Below are positions 23,703 through 37,845 of a DNA stretch of 64,000 nt, piece after piece; position 1 is the stretch's first letter, and each line of letters starts with the position of its first letter. Both the position numbers and the translations under genes were made by a program. Under the pieces are notes generated by a model. That model was not told the origin of the DNA. It saw nothing but the letters and a program-made list of their open reading frames with translations, and made no database searches. The DNA is from Phoronis australis. Taxonomy: Eukaryota; Animalia; Phoronida. Where the stretch lies: NCBI GenBank assembly GCA_002633005.1, contig NMRA01000065.1, positions 242,011-306,010 on the forward strand, read 5' to 3'.

Positions 23703-26700
23703 TTTGCATATCCTCTTGCAGTAAACCAGTTTTAGGCAGATTTGAATTTTTTCGTAGATACTGTCCTATTGAACATTTGTCTGTATATCAGGCAAATGAA
23801 TAACTAAAATGGGTCGCAACTAATAATTATTGTTATCTACAGGGATTTTGCGGACCTGCTTACAATATGCTCCAGCATTTGGTAGCAATTTAAAGGGTAA
23901 CAGTGAGCGATCTCTGTTTTGTTTTGTAGCGAGTAGTGAATCAAAGCAAAAAAGATATGTGGAAAAGGAGTAGATCTACATGGGCATATGACTCCTCAAG
24001 AGGAAGAAGCGATTTCAAATCAACCTCTGATCTGGGATGTGCGTTTTCGGAGATTCCTAAAATCGCCAGTGGGTTACAATTACGACATTTACAATTGAGC
24101 ACGGCTCAAGGGGGTGAAGGATTTTTAGTGGTCCGTAAAACGTCAGTCATGCCGTGCGTGACAGTGGAGCTGGCGTTTTTCAAATCCGTGAACCGTGATT
24201 TGAAGGTAAAGATGAACGTGATTTGTATTTTGAGGCTCAATGTGTGAACGTGAACGAAAATTAGTGTCGGGATGACGGGGGAGGGTGGATAGCGACTGGA
24301 TGCGAAATAATTTTGGCAACCTCGTTGGAGAAATGATGGTCACGGGGCAGAATGGGTGACGATTGGCCAAAGAATTGGTAGTGCTCGGGAAGGATAATTG
24401 AAACTAGTGTAAGAACGAAAACTTGTCGCGATATGTGATACTGCGGTCGTGAATTGTAAAATCGATAATTTTATATGAGTGAACCGTGGCACAATCCTCC
24501 CTTCTTCACTTCTCTCCTCAAGGACGTTGTAGACGTGTTTCATGAAAAAAATGATGAAGGTATTCTAAATCAAATCTGCAATACATGGATTCGTGAATGT
24601 GTCTCTTGAACACAAAGTTTGGCTTGGAGATTTAATGGGAAAAGGCAACTCAGCTGAGATCAAACTGCAACTTTACTTTCACTAAATTGCTTTAAGCACT
24701 GATAACAAGAATTCCTGGCCGTGCATTTCGTAAAAACTACGATGGCAAACCATTGTGGACGTGACAATTGAAACTGTCACATGACATCAAAAACGATGAT
24801 TATCTGAGTTTCACCGTGAACGCCCGTGCCACTGTTGACGCCGGCAATAAGCCCGTTTAACAATAGGTCAATGCCAGACAAGTTCCACACGACTTTTAAA
24901 TGAACAGCAACCGGCCGTAACAAAATTTTCGAAAGTTATTTTTTCCATTTTCTTATGTCGTAAAACCGATTACTGCATTCATCAAACGAGTGAAAAACAA
25001 AAAATTGGGTTAAAGTAAGACGGAATCAAATTTCAAAACTTAAATTCAAACACCATAGGATTTTGAGGAGTTCTGTTTTACTTTCATAGGTGTCGTGAAC
25101 GCTAAAAAAAAATCTTTTATGATTTTGCTCAATCAAGCTATGATCTCCGCATATGGATATTTAATCCATGTTCGCATTCCTAAATTCAAGCCATAAACTT
25201 GAGTATTTACTAGTAAGAGATTTTGAGTTCAAACGTGGACTGGTAGCGTTAATGTTGTGGTTACCAAACGTTATTTTGAATTGAAATCTGACCTTTGAAT
25301 GACGGTGTAACCGAGCACAAAACGGAGTGAAAGGCCAGTGCAAAGAGATTTCGTCAGGAGACGGCTAAGCAGCAGGTCTCCAAAGCCCCACGTTTGTCAT
25401 TCTCATCCACGACCTGTTTCTTGGTGTATTGCTAATTCTTGTTTAACTAAGCCTGCTATCACAGGGGTACACGACGGCATATCTTCATTCTGGCCCGTTC
25501 CCTACGTGTCCGCTAGGGGGAAGGGGACACACAGGTATCATTCAGCATCACGCGTTTTATCACTGGTTGATGTAACCTCGGCAGTCATTGGTTAGCTTTA
25601 CAACAAAGAAAGAAAATGGCGGACAGTGAAGCGAACGAATTTTAGCCTTGTCAACATATTTGCAATCCAACTTTTCTCAGAAAGACCGAGTACAGTTACC
25701 TGCGACCTGTGCCAAAGACCACAAGCTATATCCACATTTACATTCCCTCCATACATGTGTAAGTCATGCCGGTTTGTTTACGTGTAAAGCGCTACGTGTT
25801 GACAATTTGACCATCCAATCAGAAACGCCAAGGAAAATTAAATGATTACTGCGTGTCCTCTTCTACTAGCGTACACGCAGGGAACCAGCGAGACCCGCAT
25901 TTTGAAATTCACGTGACTTGTGGTAATAGCCTAACATTAACTCACGCACGCGCAGATGTGAAATTCCTCCGAGGGATAATTTGAGGCTACGAAAATACCC
26001 AAAGCCTTTCCAATCGCCGGTGACTTAGTGATTGCTATTTCTTGCCAAGCGTAACCGATACAACAAAAAAACAGTGGATTATCACCTCCGCACCCATGGT
26101 TTAATGTAAATATTACAAATGAATAGCTTATTTTCTGTGTAGTAGAGGACACTTGTAGAGAAATTAGTGAACATACAAAATTTACCACGTGTCACATATA
26201 TAAGTTATTATCACAAATGATTTTCCATTGTCACATGTGCAACTATAAATCCATGACCATGACAATAAGCTTCTTTATTAAACGAGTTGAACAGAATTTT
26301 AGTTTTGAAATGCGTTTGCAGTATTGCTTACTGTAAGCTGAAATAAGCCAGTAACAATAGTATACGTACTTTCAGATGTAGTTCCCCTGTTTATTGTGGG
26401 AACCAGAGTATAACATCAGAAGCTTCTGTTGACAGGTATTTAAGAATCTACCAAATTAATGCAATAAGAAAGCATCTTTTGGAGTTATTCCTACCCGCAT
26501 TTAATAAAATTAATTTTAACCAATTTATTCGGAAATTAACTCGAATAATCTTATTATTTTAAATACAATTGTACAACAAAATCCAACAATGGATAGCTTC
26601 GACATGTCCATGAATTAGACAAATAATTCCACCAGATCAGATCGCCTGGAACAGGTAACCACGACAGTTTGCCATTTTCTGTCTTACAAACATTGGATGT

Positions 26701-27584
26701 GGACGGATGCGTTCAGATTGTTTTACTAGACGCTAGTGTTACAATTTGGATGCAATGCATATTAGTCGAAACAAACTAACGCGTGATTGCAACGTAGTTT
26801 TAGTGCGTCGATCCTTTGGCTCGTGTTAAGCAATCAAAGTTTTTTAAGGAAGTTTTTTAAGCACCGAAAAAGGCGATGACATGGAGCTTGCTTGTGTTCG
26901 GATGACCAGTGATGACGTACAGTATATGCCACCATTATGGCACGATTTGAACCCGCAAATGTGAACAGAAACGCAGAGCCATATCAAAATTTCAAGAAAT
27001 TGCTGGTCTTGGTTTTACTCCGATTCAGGTAGCCACGGTGGCAATTTAGTACTCGAAAATTTTGCAAAATTATGTCTCTGTATTTATCGGTGTACTGTGA
27101 CAACAGCAGCCTCGTCCACAAGCCTCAAGATGGCGCTGATCGGTTCAGCCATTCGAAGCTTGGTTATAGGAATTAACTTCTGCGCAATGATTCGCCGCTG
27201 CCTTGACGTCACTAAAACAAAGGCAGATTTTAATTATTTTCACAGGCGTTGTCATGAAACAGAAGGTATTGTTTTGGTTATTGTTTGAAATAAAGGTTGT
27301 TCGCGTACTTATGTTCAATGTTTTTTATTAATAGAACTTAATTCTGTTTTCCAATCAAAATCATCATTTTTGTAATAATTTTGTCCTAAATTGCTGAAAT
27401 ACACTGTTAGTTTTCATTTTTATATAATACTGCAGAAAAATAGTTACATTGCTTGTGATATTGCGACGATTTCAGTAAAAATGTGTCAGAATTCTGACAC
27501 ATTTCATTACCCATAACCAAGCCTCAAATGGCTAAACCGATCAGCGTCATCTTGAGACTAGGGGATGAGGCTAAGACAACAGTT

Positions 27585-27705
27585 GCATCAGCTGTATGCT
27601 CCCGGAAAGTTGAGAAGGATTAAGATTGACCAAGTTCATAGACAGGTAATATTTTTCGAAGTGCTTAGTAATTAACAGCGCTACGTGAATCTGGTCTTAT
27701 CAGTA
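27585..27705 (+). mobile_element. Possible SINE 3' fragment
   Basis: agctgtatgctcccggaaagttgagaagg...agcgctacgtgaat resembles SINE bodies and tails seen in marine invertebrates. Recall only. Confidence 0.3.
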
Positions 27706-28120
27706 ATATCGCTTTTAATTAGGCATGTTAATGCATTTGACTGGGTCCAGACGTCATACTTAACATGCGACTAATTATCCCTGTGGTTGTTGGACTTCGC
27801 AACCTCGAGTGTGGTAGGCGTGGCATAACTGTGTTAGTCGGAACTATCCACTAAGACCAGTGACATGGTCAAAACAATGGTTCCAACAGATCACGGTGAA
27901 GCATAAAGCTTTCTATCTGTCATCAATGTCTATCATTTATCTGTATTAACTACAACCTAACACTGACATGTTCTATCACTCCTATTAGATGGCGCGTCGG
28001 CGAAGCGTAAGACACTAGAATTTTACCTACATGTTCTATAACGCAAATCGTAGTCTAAAGGTAGGTCTTTATGCTGTGCTATACAGCAGTCACAGCCTCG
28101 ACCGTGTTACTGGGCGTTTA

Positions 28121-29461
28121 TTACATCTTTGTTTCGCGTACGGCTGATTCGGATTCGCCACTGCAGGTACCACTAGTTGGATTAGACATACGCGTGTGCA
28201 TACTTTCGGTTGTTGTTATTGTACTTTTGCTTAGTCTTACGCACCAAGATTTCTTGTGGCAACAAGGCATAAGTGATGAAAATTCCTTACGAAATCTTTT
28301 ACCTGAGGCGGCATATAACAAAAAGTTAAATGAGTGGTTGCACAGTAAAAGGAACGATAGAACTTGTTGTGTGAACACGTTTGAGGCGTATTCTTCTGGA
28401 TGGTCTCGAAAGCGATATTCCCAATAAGTGTAACGATAGATGAAGAGCACAGCAGAGGGCGTGACGCAGACGAGAAAGAAAAACGAAAGTGTGAGGAGCA
28501 TCACCGTTATTTGTGTACTTTGTGCGTTACGTGCTCCATGACAATGCCGTTGGGATTCTGTTAGAGTAGGCATTCGCCGGTTGGCCCTTTTCATCAGAAC
28601 AATTACAGTTGTGTTTAACACAAACAGAAGAACACTGGGAACAAATGAAAACAACGCGGCATCTATCCACGTCCATGCCTTTAAGAATTCTCTGTGCTGA
28701 ACAAGGTCCGGGTAACACCTCGGTGGATCTTCCTCCGGCATAGACATGGTCCATATCATATGTATGTTGAGGGACGTAAATATTGTGACGATCACTCCAA
28801 TGACTATGAGAGCATTTCTACGCGTAGATATGTGCGTTGCCTTAAAGGGTAAACCGATGGCAACGACACGTTCGACAGTAACCGAGACAACAAGCCAAAC
28901 TGAAATATGAATAGAGGCGCTGTTCACGAACAAATTACCCTTACAAAAGGGAATGCTTATAATAGAATCATCGTGAACTTCACCAATAGATGTCAGTGCG
29001 CTTGTAAACAGGACCATAGTGTCAAAGATGGCAATAGCTGTCAAGTAAATGTACGTAGGAAACTTAATCATTTTGGGCTGAAGGAACACAATAATTGACA
29101 AAATATTCCCTGTGCTTCCAAAAATCAACAAGACTAATGGGTAAATTTGAAACATTCGACGAGAGACTTGAAATGTCCAGTGTGATTTTATTGTTGAGGA
29201 GTTGGTATCGGTGTTATTTGTTTCGGTGTCGTTTTGGATCATACTCGTTTTACTTCCTCCAAATGTCAAATCCAAGTCACTCCATGACGTGACTTTTTCG
29301 AGCGCTTTGCATTCCAGTGACATCGATGAAAGAGCCTGCAACAAGGTTGAATTGTCGTTAGCTGCACATTTCGTAGACGTCGCAGTTACTTGAGCCATGC
29401 AGGAGAGCGTCGAGAAAAGAATGACTTGCATATTTGTATAGCTTCTCTGTACGGACATCAT
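28121..29461 (-). CDS. Class A (rhodopsin-like) peptide GPCR, FMRFamide-receptor-like / GPR139-142-like group, 446 aa
   Basis: Seven hydrophobic helices. TM1 GxxGNxxS, TM2 YLTAIAIFD, TM3 C...SVWLVVSVTVERVVAI, TM5 FVPSVLLFVLN, TM6 TVMLL..FFFLVCVTP, TM7 NHSFNFLLY, helix 8 SGKRFRKEF, then CC. N-glycosylation sequons in the N-terminus. A splice acceptor (tttcag) lies just upstream of the ATG. Confidence 0.95.
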   Translation of the reverse strand: MMSVQRSYTNMQVILFSTLSCMAQVTATSTKCAANDNSTLLQALSSMSLECKALEKVTSWSDLDLTFGGSKTSMIQNDTETNNTDTNSSTIKSHWTFQVSRRMFQIYPLVLLIFGSTGNILSIIVFLQPKMIKFPTYIYLTAIAIFDTMVLFTSALTSIGEVHDDSIISIPFCKGNLFVNSASIHISVWLVVSVTVERVVAIGLPFKATHISTRRNALIVIGVIVTIFTSLNIHMIWTMSMPEEDPPRCYPDLVQHREFLKAWTWIDAALFSFVPSVLLFVLNTTVIVLMKRANRRMPTLTESQRHCHGARNAQSTQITVMLLTLSFFFLVCVTPSAVLFIYRYTYWEYRFRDHPEEYASNVFTQQVLSFLLLCNHSFNFLLYAASGKRFRKEFSSLMPCCHKKSWCVRLSKSTITTTESMHTRMSNPTSGTCSGESESAVRETKM

Positions 29462-32400
29462 ACTGAAAGTATAAAGAATGTTGTATTATAGGGGGATAAT
29501 GTGTTTTCTCTAAGTGACTTAAGACCAGATGCTAATTTTGGGAACACAAAGAGAACTTGAAAGCTATTTACCTCTCTCAAAATATAATGTTTCCACTCCC
29601 AATTTGACGTTCCTGAGTAGTGTAATTAGGTGCAAGCGCTTTCTTTGAATTTACAAAGACAATTTGAAATTGTCATCAGGCGTGGCAATGTAACGGATGC
29701 AATAATCATGTTTAAGTTTCGCATTCAATTACCGAGACGTTGTATAACCACAGATGGATTCGTTGGTTCTCACGTATAGCACACTATATGTTCTCCTTTG
29801 CACTACTGCGTTTAAGTGCATATAGCTATGCACAAACATTTTTGGAACGTCACCGATAATTCTAGGTAACGTCTTTAAAGTCGAGAATGAAAGCAGCGGC
29901 TCTTGTGGTCATTTAATCGTGAAGCGTTAATTTCGGTCTTTACACTCTGAATTTCCGTATGCGACTTGGCATATCACATTTTCGGTCGAAATTTAGCACC
30001 GAAACTCCTGCCAACAAACTCCTTGTAGTCTTTATGCGTAAGAAGTCGAAACGAAAAACCAGAGTGTGTAGGCGGCAATAGTGGCTCTGTAATAAGCTGC
30101 TGTTGTCTCGCCGTTCTACGTTAATTAAACATTATTGTGGGATTACATTAGCCACACAGAGGAGTCTTCGCACTGACGAAGTGAAGATCAAACTCAAGCT
30201 GAACGACACCATGATAGCTTCTGCTGGGATAACTGTTTAGGGACAGGCATATGTAAACTTAGTTGTACTAATTAAGCTGTTTCAAGTGAACCGTTGGAGT
30301 TAATTGATTTTAAGGAAGGGCCAACTGTGATTACCATCCATGAAATATAATTAAAACTGCAAATTCAGTTGTTTATCTCTGCAAACAGTCAAAATCAAAA
30401 GTACAGTGTATGCCACTCATTTCGTCGATGTCAATCTTTTAAGTCCCCGTTTTCCTGGCCATAAGAGGACTTCGTGTCCTGCTGCCACAAGAAGCACCCA
30501 AAGCAATGCATCTAGATGTGAAGGTGACAAGGCAGGTCAGAACTTTCGATATTTGCATCAATTCAGCACCAAGTTATTTCTCAACTGAATGATGCAACTG
30601 GTGCTATCGATTCGACACGTTTTTTTTTTTTTCAAGTCCAGTAAGAAGATTGTGGCTATCAATTTCATTGCACTGGAGCTTAAAAACTCAAGCTTTGTTT
30701 ATTGAAAGAGACATGGTGTGATCACGAAGAATGACGGTTGTTATATGACGTTTTCTAGACTACATTTCCATCATTCTAGCAGCATTTCATGAATGACCAA
30801 CCACCTTAACATGTCGCTGTGGATTCTCAGTGGCTGTTTACTAAATAACATTTAGTGAAAAGGTATTACTTACGTTAGTTTTCTCGAGTCTTCAAATCAG
30901 CTTTTGAACGATTTATTGGTAAATATCAACTAGGTTGACCTTGATACAAACGAAGTCAAAAACAGTCCGCTTTCCCCTTCGCTCAAGCGTTCAAGTGTGA
31001 AAGGGCTGACATTTTTTCCTTTATCAATGTCTATACGCTTTAATGAAATAGTTCAACTAAGTTACACGATGTTTACCGCCACCTGTGGCAGAAACGTGTG
31101 AGCTTAACCAGTCCAAGAAAGGCCTCCTCACTTGTCGCTTGATTGATGACGTGCTGCATCAGAATGACATCTATGCAGGGTTAAGAAACAGTTCAGGAAC
31201 AGGACTCACTAATGCTCAGGACGGACTCCAACATCCAGGGACAAGCACTGCCATTTCTAACATCCTCCAAAATTCAAAAAAACGGTTCAGTACCCTTAAA
31301 ACGTGGCTAAAAATCCTCGCCTTCTGAATGAGCTATAACTTTTAATTTAGAGCAATTGCCGCTACAAATCTGATATTTGCTTGTTCCTCACTTTGATTAG
31401 AGACCGACTTGCGTAGAAATGCCATTTGCTATTGCTTGAGAACACACTCGATAAGTTGGTTTGTCACTGCGTGTTTCTTTATGCACTGAGCGTGTTCTTT
31501 ACGTACTACCGGACTGGCAGTTCTTTCAAAAACAAATTGAAAATTTGTGAGTCGTTTCACATTAAAACGGCTACACAAGACCACAAAAACTTTATTCTGT
31601 ATCGTGGTCTTGTCGCTTTCACTTCCACTGGAAGAGAACGCTAGGCTCCAAAAGGGTGGGAAGAACACCAAACCGTTTTCAACCCCAAACCACCAAATCC
31701 ATAACAGTTCTAGATATGAGCTAACACTAGATTCTGAAAGCAAATTATCCCAATTTGACCCAAAATTGGTGCCATCTATGAAGATATTTTCAACTCTGAG
31801 TCGTTCGAGAGTTACTGGTACCTGTAATCGCAGATATCTTAGTAGCTAGGCAAAAATGCAACAAGGTGCTGCCATCTTGAGGGAAAATGTTATTCCCAAT
31901 ATGTTCACAACCACAACAAACCAAATCCACTGAACCTACTAGTAATGCCTACATCAAAACTACCGCCAAACTTCGATTACCTCAAATATTTAATTCATAG
32001 ACAGTGCAAATGGCCTGCAGCTATAGTCTAATTTTACAAGACTTAAATTCACCAATTTGATTTCAAAAATACGAACAAAAACCCTACCTATCTGCAAACA
32101 GTGTCTGACGGTATGTTCGTTTACTGCTCTCGAGTAATGAGTGTTTATTGGTCGATACATACGACGTAGAAACGGGAAACCAATCACAGAATTAGTCATT
32201 CTCCATAGTGTTTATTGTGAAAAGTCGTCAGGCATTTCTGTTCGTTTTGGATGGTCTATGGTATAAGAAAAAACGGCGTTGTTGCAACACCAACAGCAGC
32301 AGAACAGAAGGAATAAATGTGTATGGATTGAACTAAAGCAAGACGGCATAACATATAAAGTTGCAATGAAAAATCCATGGTTTTGAAACATTCTCGAAGG

Positions 32401-35400
32401 AAATGGCAGATTACAGAGCAAATTGAAGGCAGGTTTGCACACTCGTCTTTCACTCGTGTGATTTTGCGTGTTTTTGCGTGGCATCGTCCAACTCGTGGGT
32501 GTCAATGTGCTGTATTGTCTACAGAGAGTTTCTTGCGAGAAAAAGCGAGGTCATGCATTGCAGGTGAAGCACGCGATCGCAATAGTTTCTCTTGCGTATG
32601 TTACCTCTACCGAACGCAGCCAAAATAGAACCTTTGTTTCATCAGAGCAATTCATTGTTTTTCAAGTGTTCATTTACAGTGTGCAGTATTTTTATGTTGG
32701 CTTTACCTGAAATGTCTCCTTAAAATTTCGCAAAAAATTACCGAGTTGTCTTTCTGTGTGCAAGGGACATTTCACCAAATGCTGAGACCCATATGTGCGG
32801 CTTTTTATCAACGTTGTTCCTTTATATGAATATTGTTATTTCCAGAGACCACTTTCTTTAGTAACATAACAATCGTAAAAATGTGTTCTAGTGTTCACGT
32901 AACATACATTCCAAGTATCAGGATCACTAACTTTTACTTTCTGAAGAAAAGAGTTTATTTCTAAACTTTGATGGAAAGCCCTACAATGTAAGCAATGGGA
33001 TGAGCTATCCATAATATATTTCAAAGCTACGTGATAGATGATTGCTCATTTTTTAACTACAAGAAAACATTTATCTGAAAAATTCGGATAGATAATTGGA
33101 GTTGTTTATTGCATTTTCCGTAGATGTTACTGCATTCCGAATTTTTACTGAAAATGTATTTGTATCAAACGGCGCCAAAGGTTCAGTTAATTATAATATA
33201 TAAAGGTGTATAATTTTAGATGAACGCCTGACTAAATTATCCAAAGTAAGTGTGAGGGATACATATTCTAAAACCTTTGCCTTTATAGGGTACTATCTTT
33301 CGAATCATTGAAACTATTTCCGTAGTGGCTTAACTAGTCATTTATATAACCTCTCTGGTTAATTTCCTTTTATGTTACATGCTGTAATTTTCGCATTTTG
33401 GTTACACTCTTTGTTTCTAGAATTAAAAATAAATTTTTAAACCAGTCTGGAACGATTTTTCTTGTGGATTAAATTATTTACCTTTTGCTTCTGGTATAAT
33501 TATCAAGAACTGACAGAGAGCTTTCTAATGATATGACTCTTATGCAATGTATTTGAAAAACAGCCGACTTGCGAAAAGTGTAAGAGCAGTAAATTCCATA
33601 GCAAGTGCACACACACCGGAACAAGAGAGTGCAAACAACTCTCAGCATGTGCGTCGCAACCTCAGCGGTCGCGAGATCAAAGTTGGTATTCAAGGGCTAG
33701 AGCTCTGTGCACATACGGCTTGATATGGCCATATTATTTTGGAACAGTGCCAATACTGTGTTACTCAAGTAAGATGGCTACACAGTTCCTCCTCAAAATC
33801 AGTTGGGAACCTTAGAAACTCTACACACAAGTAAGTACCGCAGCTGAGAATTCATTGCGATGAACTTGTTTGAGTTGACAAAAAATCCTCCACTGTTATC
33901 TGAGGGTAGTTGGCATAAAATATATAAAAAATGAGATAAAAAATTGACATCCATAACAACACGGGATTTTAAACATTTATTTCATCGTAGAGACTTGTTT
34001 TAAAGTCATGTAGGACCCCAAACACAAGATCGTGAGCATTTAGACAGACAAAAATATAGAATTTAACACATTGAATGTATATATTTTATTAACATACAAG
34101 CCCAGTAGAATTCAATTTTGCCTTTATTCCAATCTTTCAGTAATTTGATCACGTGACATTGCCTTTGTTAGTAAAATTTAGCCAAAAAGAAAGGTATCGT
34201 GGCAAAACGACAATAGCAATAACGCGGTTAATTTTCGTTATCTTTACGTTATGGTGAAATCTCAAAATCACTATTACAGTTTTCTAAATTGCTATTTCCT
34301 TTTCGTTTTATGAAACTTTTAAGTTTGCTGATAAGAACCTTTAAGTCTTGTTTTGATAGTCCTTCGTGCAATAATGGAACATTGTAAATGTAATTGTCGA
34401 CAGTAATATAAAACATTTATATGAAAGTTTTGCATCAATCCAATTTGCCGTTTCTGAATCATGATGTCTCCAAGTTCAGCTAACTTTGGACATTTTTGTA
34501 GGTAGTGCTACATGTACATACCTCGTTTGACTCATCAGAACTTTAAAACATATTTTAGACAATCAAAGCCGTATAAACATAAACAATATTCTGTCTGAGG
34601 GACACTCAGATTACCATGGCACCGTGTTGCGTATTAGCTCTTGTGAAGAACATTAAGACGTTGGACCACGTTCAGGGGCCGACTCTAAGCCCGCTATCTG
34701 TATGATATATAATTTCGTAATGCGTGGACAGTTTACATAATTGTGTCCGAGCTGTTCAACTGGATTTGTTGCGGGTTTTTCAATCCACAACAAAATGGTC
34801 GGAAAACCAGGACTAATTGTCTGTAAGTATTTCACCTTTGAGTTATACTAGTTTATTTTAAAGGTCGATATTTTAGTGAACACATTTAAAAAGAACTCAC
34901 AAACATTATATTTGTTTCTACTTACAACATTTTATTTTTAATGGGTTGTTCTGTTGCTGTTTTCTGTAGCATATACCGCTATACAGAAACTATTGCATTC
35001 AGAGAACGAACTTCACGGCAGATGTATATTGCGTTCATAAATACACAATTTCTAACTTGGATTTTCAATCTGCGTTTTTCAATTTTAAGAGAAAGAAAAA
35101 CAAGAGAATAAAATTCCGACGTTTTGTATTATCGACGACCTCAATTTTTTGTTTGTGTAAAAGACTCTGAGAACAAAATTGATGCTTGCGAATCACAGAG
35201 ATGTTGTTGAACTGGGCTTATCCTTTATTTGTTTGATGTAGAAGACAATCAAAGAAATTACTCACCCTTTGTACAAGTGTACATGTACATGTATCAAACA
35301 TGAAGTTTCTCGATGGAAGATTTCGAGGATTGCTGCGAGCACACCGGCGCTCGTTTGGCGTTTCGCGAGAATTTAACGTTAATGATTTGAGATTGCTTTT

Positions 35401-37444
35401 GGTAAGAATCGGGAAAACGTTTCGTTTCTGCACCCGTAAAGGATCTCTAAAATAGGTAAAATATTCAAGTTCTACTGAATAACTTGTTAAGTGATCATTT
35501 GAATAATACGACATGAGACTTTCTTACTTTAGTCAAGATAATAGGAAACCAATGGAGCGTGGCTGTTACCAAACCATCAGAAAGAGTGTTTTATGCCCTG
35601 CTCTCTCGTCAAGAATAAAAAACGAACAGAAATTTTTGAATACCCTGACAGCCTATATTTTGATGTCTGCCATCTGGGGTATTTATATCAAAAGAAATTT
35701 TGTCCTGTCTTTGTGACAACATTGTTTTAAAAGTGCCTTCCTGTTTTCCTAAAGTGTACTATATGTCATGTGATCATGTCACGCAATCACTGAAAGATTA
35801 GCGTATTGTATAAAAAAAATAAATTCGCCACGCCTCGCCTCTCAAAATAGGTACATGTCCTTTCGTCAATTTACGTTTGTTTGTTTGATTGTGCAGACTT
35901 GACGATAACGTCTCACAACTTTCAAGCCTATTGGAACACATACGGTTAATGATCTCAAGATGTTGCACAAGCTCGTGTATTTGCTAATAATATTTTGCTA
36001 AAAAGCTTAGTACTTGAAATTTGAAGTTAAAGTAAACTATTTCAACCGAAACTTTGGTTGTTGAGCTGACGCACCGTTGACCGTTAACTTTGGATCAATA
36101 AGGGCAAAAAGCAAAGTTTGGTAACCCGTGATACAGCTGCAAGATGCGCTGATAACAGATAACAATCCTAGTCTCTGGCTTATAACCCGAGTCTTCGTAA
36201 TCCAAAGACGAGGCTTGTGAGTTATCTCTATCGCATTATCGTATCGACGAATATGATCATGTTTCGCATTCTTGTTAATAATTCGCATTCATTTCTGAAG
36301 TACAGGTAGCGCTAGTTTAGAACACCGTGATTTTGGTTCTTGTTTTGGGTAGCCCTTTGATTTAGTTACTACAACGAGGTTGTACAGTGTATTGCTAAAG
36401 TCTAACATCATGAACAATCGGAGTTCATGGCTTGCACACCATTGGGTAGATTAGCACTCGCTAAAGTGGCTTACTAGAATTGTTAACATTCTTGCCTGTG
36501 CAGAACGCGGGAATCAACAAACTTAGTTAACTGTGTCCCATTCATATTTACACACGGTGTGACCGGACGTTAGATTCTATATCATAATAACCGGACGAGA
36601 TTATTCATGGCTTGTAAATGTCATTCTCTTATGGAGCTCAACTACACTTTGTAAAGCATCGAATTCACCAACCACCAATGGTAGAACTATCGGCCTGGAA
36701 TTCGAATAAATGCAAGTTCGAATACCAACGTAATGCATTATACAGCCGTGGAGAAAAATATTCTTGGTGAAACAAATACCCTTGCGTCATTTTCCAAAAT
36801 CCATACAGCAAAATATCTTAGGGTCGGTTTTGGTCACCAATTTAAATGCATCTCGTCTTTGCGTTCGGTTGCGAAACCCAATTTTAATTAATAATAACAA
36901 CGAAAACAAAAATCCTGAATAGAGTACAAGAGGCGCTGTCATTGGTGTTTCGGTTATTCTTATATACAAAAATCACTACACTGAATAAAATTATTTTATG
37001 ACTAGATCAGTAAGTTAGGAAAAGTATGTTATTGGTAATGATATTAGTTGTGAAACCTCTGTTATAGAGCTAATTATTTATACGACGCTAACCTTTAATT
37101 ATATTAACGTAAAGCAATAAAAATCAAAAACTTTCTGGATGCAATGATCACGTGGGATCAGGGACCAATTTTTGCGTTACCTCGCAAATATTTTGATAAT
37201 CATGTTTAACCCGACATGGGTTGTCTTCATGCTTGAAATAAGCTAGTGCAACAACAAAAAGTCTGAAGGAACGCAAATATTTTGTGAGGGGACGCTAAAA
37301 TTCTGAAAGGGAGCGCAAAAATCTCCATTTTTTCATATCATGTCCATTTAGAAGCTCAATAAATATACATGAAGCGTTTCAAACAAAGTTGAAATCGACA
37401 GCTGATAAACGCAGTGAGAGTGGAAGAACGTTTATCGAACGAGC

Positions 37445-37575
37445 TTGACATAGAGATGCATTTTGAAAACGGGCCTTGTGGAAGCAAACAACTCAGTGTT
37501 GCTCGCGGTAACAATCTTGAGTCTATTTATACATGTACATTGTGTGATAGCTTCAAAGAGACACTATTACTGGGT
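37445..37575 (+). pseudogene. Possible decayed C-type lectin exon (N-terminal half)
   Basis: Across frameshifts it reads LT*xDAF...C.EANNSVLLAVT...HYYWV, loosely like the CTL helix 1 to WIG region. Confidence 0.3.
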
Positions 37576-37767
37576 AGAAGCCATTGCATTCATTTTGTGC
37601 CTGTTTATATATAGATGCATGTACTACTTTGTTTTTTTTCCAAACCGTGGTCGTCCACATACGTTTATCAGCGACGGGCTCTGTTGCTCGTTCGTTCCCT
37701 GTATTTCAGTGCGACGCATTAAGAGTATACAATGTTTGTATTCGTCCATGCTTACTTTATATTTCAG

Positions 37768-37845
37768 GTGTCCTTTCGTTTTATTGCTTTGGAGCGATTG
37801 ATTTGCATGGGATCCCAAATGCTGACGCAATCGATGGTTGGAGAG
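37768..37845 (+). CDS. MAM protein candidate upstream exon ([25 protein letters not shown]), possibly the end of the signal peptide
   Basis: atttcag acceptor and gtaatt donor. 78 nt, phase 1-1, joins in frame to 38578. Confidence 0.45.

Noticed and set aside
23843-24205. Possible exon(s) with KR/RR dibasic sites after a strong acceptor at 23929
   Set aside because: The attractive pieces lie in different frames, the implied intron is only ~33 nt, and no signal-peptide exon could be linked.
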